Shown: piece after piece, positions 44,503 through 46,128 of the stretch | How the letters are laid out: each line of letters opens with the position of its first letter | Numbering within the stretch: position 1 is the first letter of the stretch | From: Candidatus Nanohaloarchaea archaeon | GTDB taxonomy: Archaea > Nanohalarchaeota > Nanosalinia > Nanosalinales > Nanosalinaceae | Direction of reading: 5' to 3' | DNA: 46,128 nucleotides | Assembly: GCA_042217695.1 (NCBI GenBank) | Contig: JBDGSE010000041.1 | Span: forward strand, 1 to 46,128 | Position numbers and translations under genes: made by a program | The notes under the pieces: generated by a model | Told to the model about the DNA's origin: nothing | Database searches by the model: none | What the model saw: only the letters and a program-made list of their open reading frames with translations

Positions 44503-45405
44503 TCATCCAAAGGTGAGCGTGTAGAGCCTGGTTTTCCTCTCCGGCAGGAGCATTATCTCTGCCTCTCTCCGGTCTGTCTCCAGAAGGTTGTACAGACCGG
44601 GCCTCTTCACCCGGACAAAGCTTTTCTCGCCGTCGAAACGCAGATCTCGCCCCGCGTCTTTCTCGTCGACATAGCTTCCATCCACCTTTACTGCGAGGTC
44701 CTTGACGCCACCGGCCGGATGCAAAACCGCGTTGACTTCACGGGCGTCAAAACTGTAGAAAAGCTTTGAATCCTTCACCGCCTCCAGGTACTCATTCTCC
44801 ATACTCCATGTTCCCTCCAGGTACACCTTTTCCGGTACATGGAACGTCGGGGCTTCAAGCGTTCTCTCCCCCCGGAAGACACCGTCCTCATTTACACCGT
44901 TGCATCGACGATAACCCAGGTAGGTCTCCGGGGAGACATCGGAACGGGTCTCGTGTTCAAGGTCGATGCCCCGGGATTCGATGTCAAGCACCTCCACGAT
45001 CCTGTCTTCAAGGTCGTGGAGCGATGACTCGCCGATATGCTGCCACACTATCTTCCCGTCATGTACAAGTGTCTGCCTCGGCCAGTACTGGTTGCCGTAG
45101 GCCTGCCATGTGGAGTTCTCGGAGTCCAGCGCGATGGGATACTCCAGACCGTGGCGCTCGACCGCCTGCTCCACGTTTTCTCTCTCGCGTTCAAAATCGA
45201 ACTCCGGTGTGTGGATCCCTAACACGGTGACCTCGGGGTAGGCCTCATGGATTCTCTGCATCAGCGGCAGCATACGGACACAGTTAACACAGCTGTACGT
45301 CCAGAAATCCAGGAGATAGGTGCCGTCTTCCAGGCCCTCCGCCTCCCCGTTCACCCAGCCGCTGATGTCCTGAAGCTCCGGGGCCTTCGAGTTGATAACA
45401 GGCAT
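44503..45405 (-). CDS. Redoxin / DipZ C-terminal-like thioredoxin-fold protein (300 aa)
   Basis: DFWTYSCVNC, GIHTPEFDFE, NQYWP, SPETYLG, LYTLTFG; start reassigned from 45804 to MPVINSKAPEL. Confidence 0.88.
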   Translation of the reverse strand: MPVINSKAPELQDISGWVNGEAEGLEDGTYLLDFWTYSCVNCVRMLPLMQRIHEAYPEVTVLGIHTPEFDFERERENVEQAVERHGLEYPIALDSENSTWQAYGNQYWPRQTLVHDGKIVWQHIGESSLHDLEDRIVEVLDIESRGIDLEHETRSDVSPETYLGYRRCNGVNEDGVFRGERTLEAPTFHVPEKVYLEGTWSMENEYLEAVKDSKLFYSFDAREVNAVLHPAGGVKDLAVKVDGSYVDEKDAGRDLRFDGEKSFVRVKRPGLYNLLETDRREAEIMLLPERKTRLYTLTFG

Positions 45406-45480
45406 GGAAAGGAATTGGTAGTCCAGAAGAAAAACTCTTTCCCCCTCGATTCTATAAACTTCGGATAATAAAAAACAGGC

Positions 45481-45840
45481 GTGAGACACAGGATTTTCCA
45501 TTTCACGCCGCTGGGCCGGGCGGACAGGCAGCTGAAGAACTATCTCGGAGAGGTAGAGGAGGGCGTGATGGAGCGCTACGAGAAAGAACTCGGCCGCTAC
45601 CGGAACGCCAAAATGGTCCAGCTCGCCCTGCTCCTGCTTCTGTACGCCGGCCTGATAACCTCTATAGCCGCCACTATAGGCTTCGGATTGACAGGGCCTG
45701 CCCGGCTGGTACAGAAAGTCGCGTCCTACTTCGGGACCGGCCTGATATTCATCGCGTACGTCATCTCCCGCTACTTCACCATGCTCTACAGGGAGAGCTA
45801 CCACGTCCAGCGCGAGATACTTCTACACCGTGTGGGATAG
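45481..45840 (+). CDS. Small 2-TM hypothetical protein
   Basis: Two hydrophobic helices; codon usage like neighbouring genes. Confidence 0.65.
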   Translation: MRHRIFHFTPLGRADRQLKNYLGEVEEGVMERYEKELGRYRNAKMVQLALLLLLYAGLITSIAATIGFGLTGPARLVQKVASYFGTGLIFIAYVISRYFTMLYRESYHVQREILLHRVG

Positions 45841-45954
45841 AAGAATAAGAGAGGGGAAAAAGAAACCGGGCAACCCGTTCGCCCAGATCCGGGCTAAAGA
45901 TAACGGAAAGGTATTCAGTTCGAATGCCTTCAGCCTGATCGACCTTGGTAAAGG

Positions 45955-45971
45955 TCGCCGGGACTGGGATT
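45955..45971 (-). repeat. 17-bp duplicate of the tRNA-Ser 3' end (att-like)
   Basis: tcgccgggactgggatt at 45955-45971 and at 46076-46092. Confidence 0.85.
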
Positions 45972-46076
45972 ACTGAACGAATTGCCAAACGAAGCAATTC
46001 GGAGTTCTTTAAGAAAAAGCGTTCTGAAAGCCATGCAGAGCATGGCTTCTTGCGTGTGAACTGAGCGTAACCAGTT

Positions 46077-46128
46077 CGCCGGGACTGGGATTTGAACCCA
46101 GGAGGGGCGTATGCCCCACCGGTTGTCT
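46077..46128 (-). tRNA. tRNA-Ser, 3' portion (truncated by window edge; anticodon probably NGA)
   Basis: Minus strand shows a long variable arm GGGGCATACGCCCC, T arm CTGGG-TTCAAAT-CCCAG, acceptor TCCCGGC and discriminator G. Confidence 0.85.

Noticed and set aside
45406..45804. N-terminal extension of the redoxin ORF to 433 aa
   Set aside because: The extension is antisense to the 45481-45840 gene and crosses an AT-rich promoter gap; the redoxin-like sequence begins at MPVINSKAPEL
148..45997. Numerous overlapping antisense and alternate-frame ORFs in the track (e.g. 8032-8859, 11852-12574, 17686-18381, 28102-28914, 41637-42347)
   Set aside because: Ser/Leu/Arg-rich shadows of acidic, GC3-biased genes on the other strand or frame, with no recognisable motifs
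45841..46128. Intact provirus or integrative element at tRNA-Ser
   Set aside because: Only 104 bp lie between the att-like repeats and no integrase is present in the window

Overview
Gene-dense window from a halophilic archaeon. The strongly acidic proteins, shortened Dph5 and Pelota, Alba, short TATA-containing intergenic gaps and the type of pilus locus point to a DPANN nanohaloarchaeon; this taxonomy is inferred. Positions 132-11482 hold a type IV pilus locus with 13 pilin-like genes, a PilC/TadC-type platform and a secretion ATPase, with alba inserted among the pilins. Two of these pilins are missing from the ORF track, two seem to use CTG/ATC start codons, and two to three lack a leader peptide. 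Positions 11515-22044 hold an uncharacterised membrane and coiled-coil cluster: six paralogues of one TM module (three fused to long acidic coiled coils), a free copy of one coiled-coil hairpin, three tiny membrane proteins, a RimK-like ligase and a 270-bp perfect repeat. This cluster is the best candidate for a new system, possibly a host-contact or membrane-remodelling machine. The remainder has DUF357, dph5, a Trm5-type methylase, two twin-arginine Pro/Thr-stalk proteins, two large Ig-fold surface proteins, an EndoQ-like PHP nuclease, four paralogous beta-sandwich envelope proteins, DUF63, pelota, HtrA, a redoxin and the 3' part of tRNA-Ser. The tRNA is followed by a duplicated 3' end and a run of hairpins. 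No CRISPR array, integrase or transposase was seen. All calls come from reading motifs by eye; no database searches were run.
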